Shown in pieces: positions 63,372 through 64,000 of a stretch of DNA of 64,000 nucleotides (its first letter is position 1; each line of letters starts with the position of its first letter). Below the pieces are notes generated by a model. That model was not told the origin of the DNA, ran no database searches, and worked only from the letters and a program-made list of their open reading frames with translations. The DNA is from Mobula hypostoma (taxonomy: Eukaryota). The stretch is taken from NCBI RefSeq assembly GCF_963921235.1, contig NC_086108.1:30320001-30384000 (forward strand), written 5' to 3'. Both the position numbers and the translations under genes were made by a program.

Positions 63372-64000
63372 GGGACTCATACACAGAACACTGAGAGACA
63401 TATTCTCACTCAAGGTAGCAGCAAATGGCCAGACCTACCTAGCGGAGGCAAGGGCACAAAGAGACAGTTCACTACACCAGGTAGCGGCAAACGGCCAGAC
63501 CTACCTAGTGATGGTGTGGACACAGAGACAGTTCAAAACAACGATAGACAGTTCCTTATCTTGCTCCAGCAGTTGAACTTGACACAGTGCAAGCAAGGGT
63601 TACAGGCAAGGCCAGGCTTCAGACACTGGTTGCAAGGCAAGGCTTCAGGTGGAAAGGGCCAAGAAGGGATTCAGATAGGGAATTTTGACAGGAACAATCC
63701 AGCCACCAAGCCCTGGTCTCCGGAGGTATTTATGTGTCTGCCCAAATGAGAATCATGTGCCTTCATTAGAGCACCCAACAGAACAATGGAAAACCTGGAA
63801 TACGGATCAATGGACCTGACTGTGAACCGGAATGCAGACTGCACGGACCAGAACATGACAGGAACCTGAACAACTAGGGGTGGTGGTGGGAGGATATAAT
63901 TGACGGAATATGTTCTCGATTTATTGAAGGTAGCAGGGGAAGTTGAAGTTGCAGAAAAGGCATATGACAACCCAGGCTTTGATAAATAAAAGCAACGAGT

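Larger units (their letters stand above)
59914..63860. mobile_element. Solo LTR or short LTR-element derivative (about 1.05 kb net) with a 5-bp TSD, split by a second LTR
   Basis: Termini TGTCAT...ATGACA; perfect TSD GGAAC at 59909-59913 and 63861-63865; GGAC/GGAAC-rich short repeats at 60020-60480. Confidence 0.8.

Overview
Vertebrate genomic DNA, most likely a cartilaginous fish (inferred from the repeat complement: abundant CR1, Rex1/Babar, Penelope, L1/Tx1, V-SINE-like remnants). The only host gene I can support is TADA1 (SAGA subunit, + strand): a 163-nt coding exon at 6093-6255 and the terminal coding exon at 51914-52063. They are separated by a 45,658-bp intron made mostly of nested transposable elements; a 3' UTR runs to AATAAA at 53209. 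The ORF track missed both exons, and nearly all listed ORFs are TE remnants or antisense shadows. Inside the intron are a PNMA-type-gag Gypsy element with two LTRs and a TSD, a SCAN-gag Gmr1-type Gypsy element (PR-IN-RT-RH order), three Tigger/pogo elements, a hAT/Charlie element, palindromic hAT and mariner MITEs, a CORE-SINE, a non-tRNA short retroposon family (2 copies), Penelope, L1, RTE, Rex1 and many CR1 copies. I see no evidence for a wholly new genetic system. The best leads are the uncharacterised short retroposon family, the fold-back MITEs and a Tigger element that resembles mammalian Tigger4/MER46. All family calls are from motif recognition by eye; no database searches were run.
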